DNA of 64,000 nt from an uncultured Clostridia bacterium (GCA_934167685.1 CAKPLQ010000003.1:569-64568); one strand, 5' to 3'; positions 1 to 9,158 are shown, counted from the first letter of the stretch. Numbers and translations: made by a program. The notes: generated from the sequence alone by a model not told the origin.

Positions 1-719
1 ATAACAAGCCAATTTATCCATTCAACCTGCCTACTAATCTCGTGTATAAATTCCTGTCTAGTGTTATCATCCATCTGTGGATTTTCTCTTATATTATCTA
101 GCATTATAGAAATTGAAGTTAATGGAGTCTTTAATTGATGAGAAATATCTTCCAAAGAAGTTTGCAAAACATTTTTATCCTTATCTGAAGTTTCTGCTTG
201 TTCTTTAAGCATTACCGTTATTTTATACAATTCGTTACTTAAATTACTCAATTCATTTTCTGTATTTTTTTCTATATTAAGATTATAATTTCCTTTATTA
301 ATTTCTTCTATATAATTAATAATACTCTCTATTTTTCTATTTTGTTTATTTTGATACATAAGGATTACAACAATAATTAAAATTGCAAATATTGCATTAC
401 TAATTATGCTATTTATAATCATTTCTTGCTTTTGGTTTTGAAGTTCATTTATTGCCTGAACTTTATTTACATCAATACCAAATTTTTTTAAGATTTCTTC
501 TCCCTTTTCGCTTGAACTATTTCCATTTAATATTTTTAAAATTTCCTCATTATCAACATCAGGATATGCTTGCGTTATCTCTCCTATAATATTGGAAATA
601 ACACCATTAATTTTATCTTGATATTTCTTATTATATTTAAAAATGATTGCGCAATTTCCTATTTCAACTGCTATAGTTATTATTAAAATTATACACACTA
701 ATTTTATTTTTTCTCTCAT
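1..719 (-). CDS. Sensor histidine kinase, 5' part (gene runs off the window start)
   Basis: Not in the ORF track because there is no stop inside the window. The minus-strand ATG at 719-717 overlaps the regulator stop (ATGA). My hand translation stays open to base 1. It starts MREKIKLVCIILIITIAVEIG (TM), has a second hydrophobic segment, then the H-box LEDISHQLKTPLTSISIMLDNI. Gene order is the classic RR-HK operon. Confidence 0.8.
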   Translation of the reverse strand, partial: MREKIKLVCIILIITIAVEIGNCAIIFKYNKKYQDKINGVISNIIGEITQAYPDVDNEEILKILNGNSSSEKGEEILKKFGIDVNKVQAINELQNQKQEMIINSIISNAIFAILIIVVILMYQNKQNRKIESIINYIEEINKGNYNLNIEKNTENELSNLSNELYKITVMLKEQAETSDKDKNVLQTSLEDISHQLKTPLTSISIMLDNIRENPQMDDNTRQEFIHEISRQVEWINWLV

Positions 720-1393
720 TGTTCAACCACCTTATATCCTATCCCTCTAACAGTTTGAATAAATTTTCCATCTTTATCATCTAATTTATTTCTTATTCTT
801 TTTATATAAACTGTAAGTGTATTATCATTTACAAAATTTCCTGCTATGTCCCAAATTTTATCTAATATTTGCTCTCTTGTAACCAATATGCCTTTGTTAG
901 AAACCAACATAAATAATATTTTATATTCAAGTCCTGTAAATGTAATCTCTTTTCCATCTTTATATACTAATAACTTGCTATTATCAATAATTATATTCCC
1001 ACATTTTATTTGAACTTCATTAATTTCCTCATGATAATATCTTCGCAATACACTTTTTATTCTTGAAATTAATTCTCTGGTTCTAAATGGCTTTATTATA
1101 TAATCATCTGCTCCCATATCTAACCCTTGAACAACATTTGACTCTTCATCTTTGGCTGTTAAAAATATAACTGGTACATCTCCTAAATTTTTAACATATT
1201 TACATATTTCATAGCCATCTCCATCTGGTAATGAAATATCCAGTAAATATAGGTCAAATTTTCTTTTTTTTATCTTTGTCTTTGCCATTACAATATTTTG
1301 CGCAGTTTCAACCTCAAACTTTTCCTGTTCTAATGAATATTTCAATCCTTTAGTTATTGTTTCATTATCTTCTACTAATAATATTTTTTGCAT
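716..1393 (-). CDS. OmpR/PhoB-family response regulator
   Basis: 225 aa. Receiver domain (KILLVEDN, DLYLLDISLPDGDG, DDYIIKPF) plus a winged-helix output domain (FTGLEYKILFML, TLTVYIKRIRNKL, IQTVRGIGYKV). Confidence 0.9.
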   Translation of the reverse strand: MQKILLVEDNETITKGLKYSLEQEKFEVETAQNIVMAKTKIKKRKFDLYLLDISLPDGDGYEICKYVKNLGDVPVIFLTAKDEESNVVQGLDMGADDYIIKPFRTRELISRIKSVLRRYYHEEINEVQIKCGNIIIDNSKLLVYKDGKEITFTGLEYKILFMLVSNKGILVTREQILDKIWDIAGNFVNDNTLTVYIKRIRNKLDDKDGKFIQTVRGIGYKVVEQ

Positions 1394-1502
1394 AGCTTCA
1401 CTTCCTACTCTTATTATACATATTTTTATATAAAATGCAAATTTTTTTCAATAATACTTTTACTTTTTAATTTTTTATTATATAATCTGTTTTAGAAATT
1501 AA

Positions 1503-1871
1503 ATGAAAGGATTGCAAAAGATGGAACATTGGAGTGTAGAAGATTATAAAAATTTTACAAATAACAAAATTAAAAAAACAAAATATAGAGCTAATAAAAC
1601 TTCTGTAGATGGTCATACTTTTGATAGCCAAAAAGAAGCAGATTATTATTGCCAACTAAAATTAAAATTACAAGCTAAAGAAATTAACGGATTTTGTTTG
1701 CAACCAACTTTTATGTTAGCACCAGGTCTAAAATATAAAGCTGATTTTATTGTTTTTAATACGGATAGTACTTATGATGTTATTGATGTAAAAGGAGTTA
1801 GAACTAAAGAATATATTACCAAAAAGAAGGTTTTTGAAGATAAGTATAATATGAAAATCATAGAAATTTAA
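1503..1871 (+). CDS. DUF1064-family protein (phage-type) located outside the prophage
   Basis: 122 aa. KYRANKTSVDGHTFDSQKEADYY, LQPTF, YKADFIVF and VIDVKG fit my memory of the DUF1064 pattern. The real start may be the internal Met (MEHW). Paralog of the prophage gene at 46248-46578. Confidence 0.6.
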   Translation: MKGLQKMEHWSVEDYKNFTNNKIKKTKYRANKTSVDGHTFDSQKEADYYCQLKLKLQAKEINGFCLQPTFMLAPGLKYKADFIVFNTDSTYDVIDVKGVRTKEYITKKKVFEDKYNMKIIEI

Positions 1872-1905
1872 AAAGTGCAATCCCTATAAGGTTGCACTTT
1901 TTTCG
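1872..1905. terminator. Bidirectional rho-independent terminator hairpin
   Basis: AGTGCAA (1874-1880) pairs with TTGCACT (1892-1898). It is flanked by an A-run and a T-run and lies between convergent genes. Confidence 0.7.
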
Positions 1906-1912
1906 TTAAACT

Positions 1913-2623
1913 TTACTTTTCCACGGAATTATCTTCTTGCAGTATATCTGTTTTATCTTGTTCTGTAATAACCTTGTATTTAACCATTTTATCTAAAACT
2001 TGAATTTGTCTTTGTTTTGCCAAACCTAAATGTTTAGTTGGACAATATGCCGAAGGGGCATTAGGTATTCCAGCTAACATACTCGCCTCATTTCTATTCA
2101 TCTCTTTGGGCTCTTTACCATAATAGCCTTCTGACGCATCTTTTACACAATAATAGCCATCTCCAAAATAACTTGTATTTAAATACAATTCTAAAATAGT
2201 ATCTTTATCACAATTTTTTTCTATCTCATATGCCATAAACAATTCTGCTACTTTTCTTAATGCAGACTTTTCTTGAGTGAAATAAATATTTTTTGCTAAC
2301 TGTTGTGTTATTGTACTTCCTCCCTCTTGTAATTCCCAAGATTTTATATTCACAAAAACTGCTCTTGTTATTGCAATCAAATCTATTGGACCATGCTCAT
2401 AAAACCTTCTGTCTTCTACTGCAATTACAGCATTTTTATAAAACTCTGGCATGTCTTTTAATTCAGTATAATTTTCTTTAGCTTTTATTTCAGCCACTTT
2501 GTCTGCTATATTTGTTTTTTCAAGTACTTCTTTGTATATTTTGTGTCCTTTATATGCTAGTATTCCTCCTGCTATCAGTATTACAGTTATTATTAGTAAT
2601 AATAATCTTCTTATTAATTTCAT
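1913..2623 (-). CDS. Monofunctional peptidoglycan glycosyltransferase (GT51)
   Basis: 236 aa. N-terminal TM anchor, then the GT51 motifs AVEDRRFYEHGPID and GGSTITQQLAKN. No transpeptidase domain. Confidence 0.85.
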   Translation of the reverse strand: MKLIRRLLLLIITVILIAGGILAYKGHKIYKEVLEKTNIADKVAEIKAKENYTELKDMPEFYKNAVIAVEDRRFYEHGPIDLIAITRAVFVNIKSWELQEGGSTITQQLAKNIYFTQEKSALRKVAELFMAYEIEKNCDKDTILELYLNTSYFGDGYYCVKDASEGYYGKEPKEMNRNEASMLAGIPNAPSAYCPTKHLGLAKQRQIQVLDKMVKYKVITEQDKTDILQEDNSVEK

Positions 2624-2669
2624 AATTAGTACATCCTTTTTTATTTTTAATTATACTTTTTAATTGTGA

Positions 2670-3041
2670 CTAAAAAGTGACAATTTTCGGAATAAATATT
2701 ATTGCTCCAATTATTACTGCGCCAATTGCTAAAGTTAATACCGCTCCAGCAGCAATATCTTTAGCTAATTTGGCTTGTGGATTTTTTTGAGGACTTACCA
2801 TATCTACAACAGTCTCTATGGCTGTATTAAATAATTCTGCTGATATTACCATTACAATTGTTATGATTATAATACACCATTCGATTTTACTTAATTTTAA
2901 AAATATACCTAAGGCAATGACTATTGCCATTGCCAATACATGTATTTTCATATTTCTTTCAGTTTTAAATGAAGAAATAACACCTTCTATTGCATATTTA
3001 AAACTGTTTATCATTTTTTTATATTCTTGTTTTGGATTCAT
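2670..3041 (-). CDS. dgkA: Diacylglycerol/undecaprenol kinase (DgkA family)
   Basis: 123 aa, three TM segments. ERNMKIH, SAELFNTAIETVVD and AKDIAAGAVL are typical DgkA motifs. Confidence 0.8.
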   Translation of the reverse strand: MNPKQEYKKMINSFKYAIEGVISSFKTERNMKIHVLAMAIVIALGIFLKLSKIEWCIIIITIVMVISAELFNTAIETVVDMVSPQKNPQAKLAKDIAAGAVLTLAIGAVIIGAIIFIPKIVTF

Positions 3042-3056
3042 ATTCTCTCCTTAACA

Positions 3057-4247
3057 TTATTTTACTAATCTTTCTGTTTCTTTTGCTATCATTAATTCTT
3101 CGTTTGTTGGAACTACATAAACTTTTATCTTAGAATCTGGTGTAGAAATTTCTTTTTCTTCTCCTCTCATGTTGTTTGCATCAACATCAACTTTTACTCC
3201 CATAAATTCTAATTTTTCACAAATTCCTCTTCTTATGTTTATTTGGTTTTCTCCAACTCCACCTGTAAATACAATATAATCTACTCCATTCATTGCAACT
3301 GCATATTTAGCAATATATGATGCAATTTCATATTTAAATTTTTCAATTGCTATTGCAGCTCTTTCATTATCCCCATAAGATGCTGCTTCTATTTCTCTAA
3401 AGTCTGGAGCTAATCCTGATATTCCTTGTACTCCTGATTTTTTGTTTAATACACTTTCAGCTTCTTCTGCTGTCCATCCTTCTTTTTTCATTAAGAATGT
3501 TACTACTGATGGGTCTAAATCTCCAGAACGTGTTACCATTGGAATTCCTGCAAGTGGTGTTAAGCCCATACTTGTGTCAACTGATTTTCCACCTTGAACA
3601 GCACATATACTTGAACCTTGTCCTAAATGACATGTAACTATTTTTAAATCTTCTACATTTTTTCCAACTATTTCTGCCAATCTTTGTGATACATACATAT
3701 GTGAAGTTCCATGGAATCCATATTTTCTAATTCCATATTTTTCGTAATATTCATATGGTATTGGATAAATATATCTCTCTTTTGGCATTGTTTGATGGAA
3801 TGCAGTATCAAATACTCCTACCATTGGTTTTCCTGGCATTACTTTTTGGCATGCTTCTATTCCAATAATTCCTGCTGGATTGTGTAATGGTGCTAAATCG
3901 ATACATTCTTTTAGAACTTTTACAACTTCATCTGTAATAATTACTGATTGATTGATTTTTTCTCCACCATGTACTAATCTATGTCCAATTGCAGATATTT
4001 CATCTAAACTATCTATTACTTTATATTCTGGATTTATTAATTGTTTTAATGTAAAGTCTACTGCTTCTTCATGTGTTTTTGCTGGATGTTGTATTTCAAT
4101 TTTTTGTCCGTTTACTTTATGAGTTATAAATGCTTCATCTTCTCCTATTCTCTCATATTTTCCAGAAGCTAAAACTTCTTCTGTTTCCATATTTATTAAT
4201 TGATATTTTAGTGATGAACTACCACAATTTAATACTAATACTTTCAT
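3057..4247 (-). CDS. ackA: Acetate kinase (distal copy)
   Basis: 396 aa. MKVLVLNCGSSSLKYQL, GHRLVHGG, APLHNP, FDTAFHQTMP, YGFHGTSH and VPTNEELMIA. Confidence 0.92.
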   Translation of the reverse strand: MKVLVLNCGSSSLKYQLINMETEEVLASGKYERIGEDEAFITHKVNGQKIEIQHPAKTHEEAVDFTLKQLINPEYKVIDSLDEISAIGHRLVHGGEKINQSVIITDEVVKVLKECIDLAPLHNPAGIIGIEACQKVMPGKPMVGVFDTAFHQTMPKERYIYPIPYEYYEKYGIRKYGFHGTSHMYVSQRLAEIVGKNVEDLKIVTCHLGQGSSICAVQGGKSVDTSMGLTPLAGIPMVTRSGDLDPSVVTFLMKKEGWTAEEAESVLNKKSGVQGISGLAPDFREIEAASYGDNERAAIAIEKFKYEIASYIAKYAVAMNGVDYIVFTGGVGENQINIRRGICEKLEFMGVKVDVDANNMRGEEKEISTPDSKIKVYVVPTNEELMIAKETERLVK

Positions 4248-4262
4248 TTTTCATTTTCCTTT

Positions 4263-5459
4263 CTAATTTCTTTTAATAATTTTTTCAGTTTCTTTTGCTA
4301 TCATAAGTTCCTCATTTGTTGGAACCACATAGACTTTTACTTTAGATTCTGGTGTAGAAATTTCTGCTTCTTCTCCTCTTGCCAAATTAGCTTTTCCTGA
4401 AATTTCAACTCCTAAAAATTCTAAATACTTACAAATTTCACTTCTTGAATACGGTGATTTTTCGCCTACTCCAGCAGTAAATGTTATAACATCTATTCCT
4501 TCCATTGCAACTGCACATTTCGCAATATATCCAGCAATTGCATAATGGTAAGCATCAAGTGCTAATTTTGCCTGTTTTCCTCCTGCCAAAGCTTCAGCCT
4601 CAATATCTCTAAAATCTACTGAAACCATTGACATTCCAAATACTCCAGATTCTTTATTCAAAATTGTTTCAGCTTCTTCTGCTGTCCATCCTTCTTTTTT
4701 CATTAAATATGTTACTACTGATGGATCCAAATCTCCAGAACGCGTTCCCATCGGAATTCCACCCAGTGGTGTTAATCCCATACTTGTTTCAACTGAGTTT
4801 CCATTTTTTATAGCACAGATACTTGCTCCTTGCCCTAAATGGCAATTTACTATTTTTAAATCTTCAATATTTTTTCCACTTATCTCTGCTACTCTGTTTG
4901 CAACATATTGATGTGAAGTACCATGGAACCCATATTTTCTTACATGATATTTTTCATAATATTCATATGGTATTGGATAAATGTATTTTTCTTTTGATAT
5001 AGTTTGATGAAATGCTGTATCAAATACTGCTACCATTGGTTTATTCGGAATAACTTTTTTACATGCTTCTATTCCTAATACTGCTGCTGGGTTATGCAAA
5101 GGAGCCAATTCTTCATTATCTTTTATTCCCTGTATAACTTCATCAGTTATTAAAACTGCATCTTTAAATCTTTCTCCGCCATGTACTACTCTATGCCCTA
5201 TTGCATCTAATTCATCTAAAGATTTAAAAATACCATATACTTCACTTGTCAATCTATTCATAACAAATTGAATTGCCTTTTCATGATTTTTTGCAGGGTG
5301 TTCAAATTTATGCTTTATTCCATTTACTTTATGCGTCAAAAATGCACCTGCTTGTCCTACTCTTTCGTAATTACCTTTTACTAGCATTTCCCCTGTATCT
5401 GTATCAATTACTTGATACTTTAAAGATGAACTGCCTGAATTTAATACTAATATTTTCAT
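4263..5459 (-). CDS. ackA: Acetate kinase paralog (pta-proximal copy)
   Basis: 398 aa with the same Ack motif set (MKILVLNSGSSSLKYQV, GHRVVHGG, FDTAFHQT, YGFHGTSH). By eye about two-thirds identical to the neighbouring copy. Confidence 0.9.
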   Translation of the reverse strand: MKILVLNSGSSSLKYQVIDTDTGEMLVKGNYERVGQAGAFLTHKVNGIKHKFEHPAKNHEKAIQFVMNRLTSEVYGIFKSLDELDAIGHRVVHGGERFKDAVLITDEVIQGIKDNEELAPLHNPAAVLGIEACKKVIPNKPMVAVFDTAFHQTISKEKYIYPIPYEYYEKYHVRKYGFHGTSHQYVANRVAEISGKNIEDLKIVNCHLGQGASICAIKNGNSVETSMGLTPLGGIPMGTRSGDLDPSVVTYLMKKEGWTAEEAETILNKESGVFGMSMVSVDFRDIEAEALAGGKQAKLALDAYHYAIAGYIAKCAVAMEGIDVITFTAGVGEKSPYSRSEICKYLEFLGVEISGKANLARGEEAEISTPESKVKVYVVPTNEELMIAKETEKIIKRN

Positions 5460-5474
5460 ATAATCCCTCCAGGT

Positions 5475-6473
5475 TTATTTTTGTTGAGCTTGTACTGCCG
5501 TTATTGCAACAACTCCAGCAACATCTTCACTATTACATCCTCTTGATAAATCATTTACTGGTTTTGCAATTCCTTGGCAAAGTGGTCCATAAGCTTCTGC
5601 TTTTGCTAATCTTTGAACTAGTTTATATCCAATGTTTCCAGCTCCCAAATCTGGAAATACTAATACATTTGCTTCTCCTTTTAATGGACTTCCTTTTGCT
5701 TTAAACTCTGCTACTTCTGGAACTATTGCTGCATCTAGTTGTAATTCTCCATCAACTAATAAGTTTGGTTCTTTTTCTTTTACTAATTTAGTTGCTTCTA
5801 TTACTTTTTCTGTTGATGCAGAATGTGCACTTCCATAAGTTGAATATGATAACATTGCAACTTTTGGTTCTTTTCCTACTAATTGTTCAAAGCTTTTACT
5901 TGATGATATTGCTATTTCTGATAATTTTTCTGAGTCTGGCTCCTCATTTAATCCGCTATCTGCAAATATAAATGTTCCATTTTCTCCATATTTGCAATCT
6001 GGTACTACCATTACAAAAAATGCTGATACTAATTTGGTTCCTGGTGCTGTTTTTAATATTTGTAATGCTGGTCTTAGTGTATCTGATGTTGAATGTGCTG
6101 CTCCTGATACAAGTCCATCTGCTTCATCTAATTTTACCATCATCATTCCATAATATACTGGCTCTAGTACTAATTGGCTTGCTTGCTCTTCTGTCATTCC
6201 TTTTGCTTTTCTTAATTCATAAAGCTCTTCTGCATATCTTTTTGTTTCATTTGATTTTGCTGGGTCTATAATTTTTGTTTCTCCTAAATCAATGTTTTTT
6301 TCTTGTGCTAATTTTCTAACTTCTTCTTCATTTCCTATTAGTATTACTTTTGCATATCCTTCTTCCTTTATTATTTGCGCTGCTTCTAATATTCTTGCAT
6401 CTGTTGCTTCTGGTAATACTATTGTTTTTATTTCTTGTTTTGCTCTTTGTTTTATTTGTTCTATGAATGACAT
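5475..6473 (-). CDS. pta: Phosphate acetyltransferase
   Basis: PTA_PTB motifs (VLPEATDARILEAA, GLVSGAAHSTSDTLRPALQ, DAAIVPEVA, GAGNIGYK). I chose the ATG at 6473 (MSFIEQIKQ) because an AAGGAAA RBS lies ~10 nt upstream. The ORF-track start at 6539 adds 22 unlikely residues. Confidence 0.9.
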   Translation of the reverse strand: MSFIEQIKQRAKQEIKTIVLPEATDARILEAAQIIKEEGYAKVILIGNEEEVRKLAQEKNIDLGETKIIDPAKSNETKRYAEELYELRKAKGMTEEQASQLVLEPVYYGMMMVKLDEADGLVSGAAHSTSDTLRPALQILKTAPGTKLVSAFFVMVVPDCKYGENGTFIFADSGLNEEPDSEKLSEIAISSSKSFEQLVGKEPKVAMLSYSTYGSAHSASTEKVIEATKLVKEKEPNLLVDGELQLDAAIVPEVAEFKAKGSPLKGEANVLVFPDLGAGNIGYKLVQRLAKAEAYGPLCQGIAKPVNDLSRGCNSEDVAGVVAITAVQAQQK

Positions 6474-6658
6474 TTTTCTATCATTTCCTTTCTTATTTTT
6501 TTCATTTCCTACTATATCATACTCTCTGAAAAAAGACAATATTTTTTTCGTTTTTGTATTGACTTATTTACTCTATTACAGTATACTATTTTTGTTGATT
6601 CAAATATTTTTTATTTCAATTTTTTCAAACTTTTTTTATATTTTAGGAGGTGATTTAT

Positions 6659-7060
6659 ATGTCTAATAATGATATTACATTAGCAACTATTTATAACTTT
6701 ATGGTAGACAAATTTGAACAAATCGATAAAAAGTTCGAACAAATTGACAGAAAATTCGAACAGATTGATACGAGATTTGAACAAATTGACAAAAGGCTTG
6801 ACTCTATCGATGCCAGAATTACAAGATTGGCAGCTGACAATGAAGAAGCTCATGATAAACTTTCAGAAAGAATTACATTATGTACAAATGCTATCCTTAG
6901 GTTAGAACAAGCATTTAACGATAAAATCTCTATTTTATTTGATGCAGAACAAGCTAACCGCGAACGTACTGCTACTTTAAGCTTACAAACTACACAACTT
7001 TTTGAAAATCAGGAAAAATTAAAGATAAGAGTCAGTGTTTTAGAAAAGAAAGTTGTTTAA
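6659..7060 (+). CDS. Coiled-coil protein with tandem KFEQID heptad repeats
   Basis: AGGAGG at 6645-6650, ATG at 6659 (the track start at 6650 is a GTG). The protein contains KFEQIDK/KFEQIDR/KFEQIDT/RFEQIDK/RLDSIDA followed by a longer coiled coil. A terminator follows. Confidence 0.6.
   Translation: MSNNDITLATIYNFMVDKFEQIDKKFEQIDRKFEQIDTRFEQIDKRLDSIDARITRLAADNEEAHDKLSERITLCTNAILRLEQAFNDKISILFDAEQANRERTATLSLQTTQLFENQEKLKIRVSVLEKKVV
6710..6814 (+). repeat. Five tandem 21-bp in-frame repeats
   Basis: Units lie at 6710-6730, 6731-6751, 6752-6772, 6773-6793 and 6794-6814 (the last is degenerate). Each encodes a heptad of the type (K/R)FEQID(K/R). Confidence 0.85.
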
Positions 7061-7078
7061 TATCTATTTTCAATAAAG

Positions 7079-7122
7079 AAAAATCCCTTACGTTTTATCA
7101 ATTCCGTAAAGGGATTTTTTCT
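7079..7122. terminator. Bidirectional terminator hairpin
   Basis: AAATCCCTTACG (7081-7092) pairs with CGTAAAGGGATTT (7105-7117), followed by a T-run. Lies between convergent genes. Confidence 0.75.
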
Positions 7123-7128
7123 TATTAT

Positions 7129-7506
7129 TTAAAAATTAGGCATACCAGGTGCTTGGTAATATCTATTATTATTCATCATGCTTGCATTCATTGTGCCATA
7201 AAATCCTGTTGTAGAAATTGTAATAAACTTTATTGCGTAAATATCACAATAAACTAAACTATCATTTTCAAATGAACGTAACAATATGTAGCTTGCACCT
7301 ACATCTTCAAGAATTCCTATTCTATCTGTCATTGTGTTTGTTCCTATTAAAAACTCTACTCTCATCAATTTTCCTATTTGTTCTCTTAAAAATGCAGGAG
7401 TATAAATTGGATTTGTTAATATCTCTGGTGAATTTTGATCAATATTTACATTTCTGTTTTCTCCCTTAAGTTCTCTTTTGTCTTGGCTTTCTTCCATATT
7501 TGCCAT
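7129..7506 (-). CDS. gerQ: Spore coat protein GerQ (YwdL-like)
   Basis: The core GKLMRVEFLIGTNTMTDRIGILEDVGASYILL...CDIYAIKFI fits my memory of the GerQ family. It lies immediately downstream of a cwlJ-like gene, as in the Bacillus cwlJ-gerQ operon. ATG at 7506 with a GGAAGGTG RBS (the track start is a GTG 4 codons upstream). Confidence 0.7.
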   Translation of the reverse strand: MANMEESQDKRELKGENRNVNIDQNSPEILTNPIYTPAFLREQIGKLMRVEFLIGTNTMTDRIGILEDVGASYILLRSFENDSLVYCDIYAIKFITISTTGFYGTMNASMMNNNRYYQAPGMPNF

Positions 7507-7532
7507 TATAAAACACACCTTCCTTTCCGTTT

Positions 7533-8009
7533 TTAGGTTTGTGCATATTTAGAAGTAGGTCTATAAAAGCAATGATTTCCTAACCTTGTATGCAAGGTTC
7601 CTGAGCCGTTACTTGGAAAAGTAGAAGCACAAGTAGGTCTAAATGGATTTAAATACCACAAGCATTCACCAATTTCATTAAGAATATTCCCTGCTAGTGC
7701 CCAATCAGCTACTTGATAATGAATATCTGTTGGATTCATGTTATAAATCGTTTGAGGATTGTATGTTCCATTTATTGTTTCTCTTACACAATCAAATTGA
7801 CCAGGTTGAAAGATAATATTCCTAATGTTTCCACCTTGAGATACTCTTGAATATTCTCCCTCTGGTGTTTTTACTCTATTCATAATTACTGTTAATGCTG
7901 CTTTCATTCCATTGTCTCCTTCTCCCCCAGCTTCACATTGTGCAATTCTTGCTAATAATTCCCTTTCTGAATATGCCACTTTTATCACCTCTTGTTTAAT
8001 AATATGCAT
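7533..8009 (-). CDS. cwlJ: Spore cortex-lytic cell wall hydrolase (CwlJ/SleB, Hydrolase_2)
   Basis: 158 aa. ELLARIAQCEAGGEGDNGMKAALTVIMNRV and QPGQFDCV are Hydrolase_2 hallmarks. No PG-binding domain, so CwlJ-like rather than SleB-like. Confidence 0.8.
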   Translation of the reverse strand: MHIIKQEVIKVAYSERELLARIAQCEAGGEGDNGMKAALTVIMNRVKTPEGEYSRVSQGGNIRNIIFQPGQFDCVRETINGTYNPQTIYNMNPTDIHYQVADWALAGNILNEIGECLWYLNPFRPTCASTFPSNGSGTLHTRLGNHCFYRPTSKYAQT

Positions 8010-8055
8010 TTGTTTTAAAAGTGTGATAATTTTTTCGAGTTTTTTTACATCACGG

Positions 8056-8090
8056 AAAAATCCCTTAAGTGAGTATACTCACTTAAGGGA
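8056..8090 (-). terminator. Terminator after the 8097-8408 gene
   Basis: Perfect 30-bp palindrome TCCCTTAAGTGAGTA/TACTCACTTAAGGGA (8061-8090), followed on the minus strand by TTTTT. Confidence 0.75.
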
Positions 8091-8096
8091 TATGTG

Positions 8097-8408
8097 TTAG
8101 ATTTTAGAAGCGAGCTCTTTTACAAAGCTCTTTACCTCTTCTTCTATGCCTACACTACGCATAGATTCCAGAATTCTCTGTTTGACTGGATGACGTTCCT
8201 CCTCTCCTGCTGTTAATGGTTTCTGACAAGGTACTACAGACATTTCTTCTGCCACTTCATTATATAAATCTGTCACACCTTGTATCTTGCAAATAACAAT
8301 TGCCCTTATCAACATTTCATTTCCTGGCATCGCAGGACTTATCCCTGTTGTCCGGACAATTTCTTTTGCTTTCATATACAAACCTGGATAATCACTAATT
8401 CTACACAT
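8097..8408 (-). CDS. Small hypothetical protein, possibly Spo0A-C-like DNA-binding fold
   Basis: 103 aa, with its own terminator. Visibly more G/C-rich than its neighbours. TGISPAMPGNEMLIRAIVI faintly resembles the Spo0A C-terminal helix (GVPAHIKGYLYLREAI). This is a memory-only match. Confidence 0.4.
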   Translation of the reverse strand: MCRISDYPGLYMKAKEIVRTTGISPAMPGNEMLIRAIVICKIQGVTDLYNEVAEEMSVVPCQKPLTAGEEERHPVKQRILESMRSVGIEEEVKSFVKELASKI

Positions 8409-8533
8409 ATTTCTTCCTCCCGCTATTAAGCGCTCTTTTGTTTTTAAGTTACGTCTTATTTATAATAGCACATTTTCCATTTTTTGTCAATAGTTTTAAG
8501 ATTGTTTTTGTTTTATGTTTACTAGGGTAGCTT

Positions 8534-9004
8534 TTAGAAAAATATCATATACGTTAATAATGCTAATACTCCAGCTTTTTTCATATCTTCTGTCATAAAT
8601 ACATCTGTTGTAGTTTCCTCATTTTTCTCATCAACAATAGAAATATCATACGCTTTTATGTCTTGCATCTTAAAATATGTTTCAAAGCTTTTAACTTCAT
8701 TTTCTCTTAAGTTTCCAATTTCTACATATTCTGTTGCTACTACATTTCCACTATCTGCATATAAATCTATTTTCAAAAATTTTCCGCTCAAATCATTTTC
8801 AGCACTATTAACAACTGTTCCTTTTATTCTTCCATTTACTTTTGTCGCTTCTGCATTCTTTACTACAATTTGACTTGGAATTTCATTCTTTTTTTTCAAT
8901 TCTTTATATGTAGAGTTAACTCCATAATATATTAAAATATCTGATAAAATCCAAAATAGTATTAACCAAATTGCATATTTGGCAAATGTTTTCATTCTAC
9001 TCAT
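8534..9004 (-). CDS. Membrane-anchored hypothetical protein
   Basis: 156 aa. N-terminal TM (YAIWLILFWILSDILIYY), a beta-rich middle part, and a C-terminal hydrophobic tail (GVLALLTYMIFF). Confidence 0.5.
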   Translation of the reverse strand: MSRMKTFAKYAIWLILFWILSDILIYYGVNSTYKELKKKNEIPSQIVVKNAEATKVNGRIKGTVVNSAENDLSGKFLKIDLYADSGNVVATEYVEIGNLRENEVKSFETYFKMQDIKAYDISIVDEKNEETTTDVFMTEDMKKAGVLALLTYMIFF

Positions 9005-9158
9005 AAAAATCCTCCATCACTTTTATTTCTACTCCATTATACAATATTTTTCCTCAATTTACAAGTTTTTCATAGTTTTTTAAAAAGATTATGTTACAAT
9101 TTATTTTTTAACATTTTCAAATCTAAATAATATTATATAAAATGAAAGGAGTTTTTAT

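Noticed and set aside
5273-6666. Plus-strand ORFs 5273-5704, 5632-5838, 5972-6271 and 6292-6666
   Set aside because: They are antisense to ack and pta, and are Leu/Phe-rich shadows of strongly supported genes.
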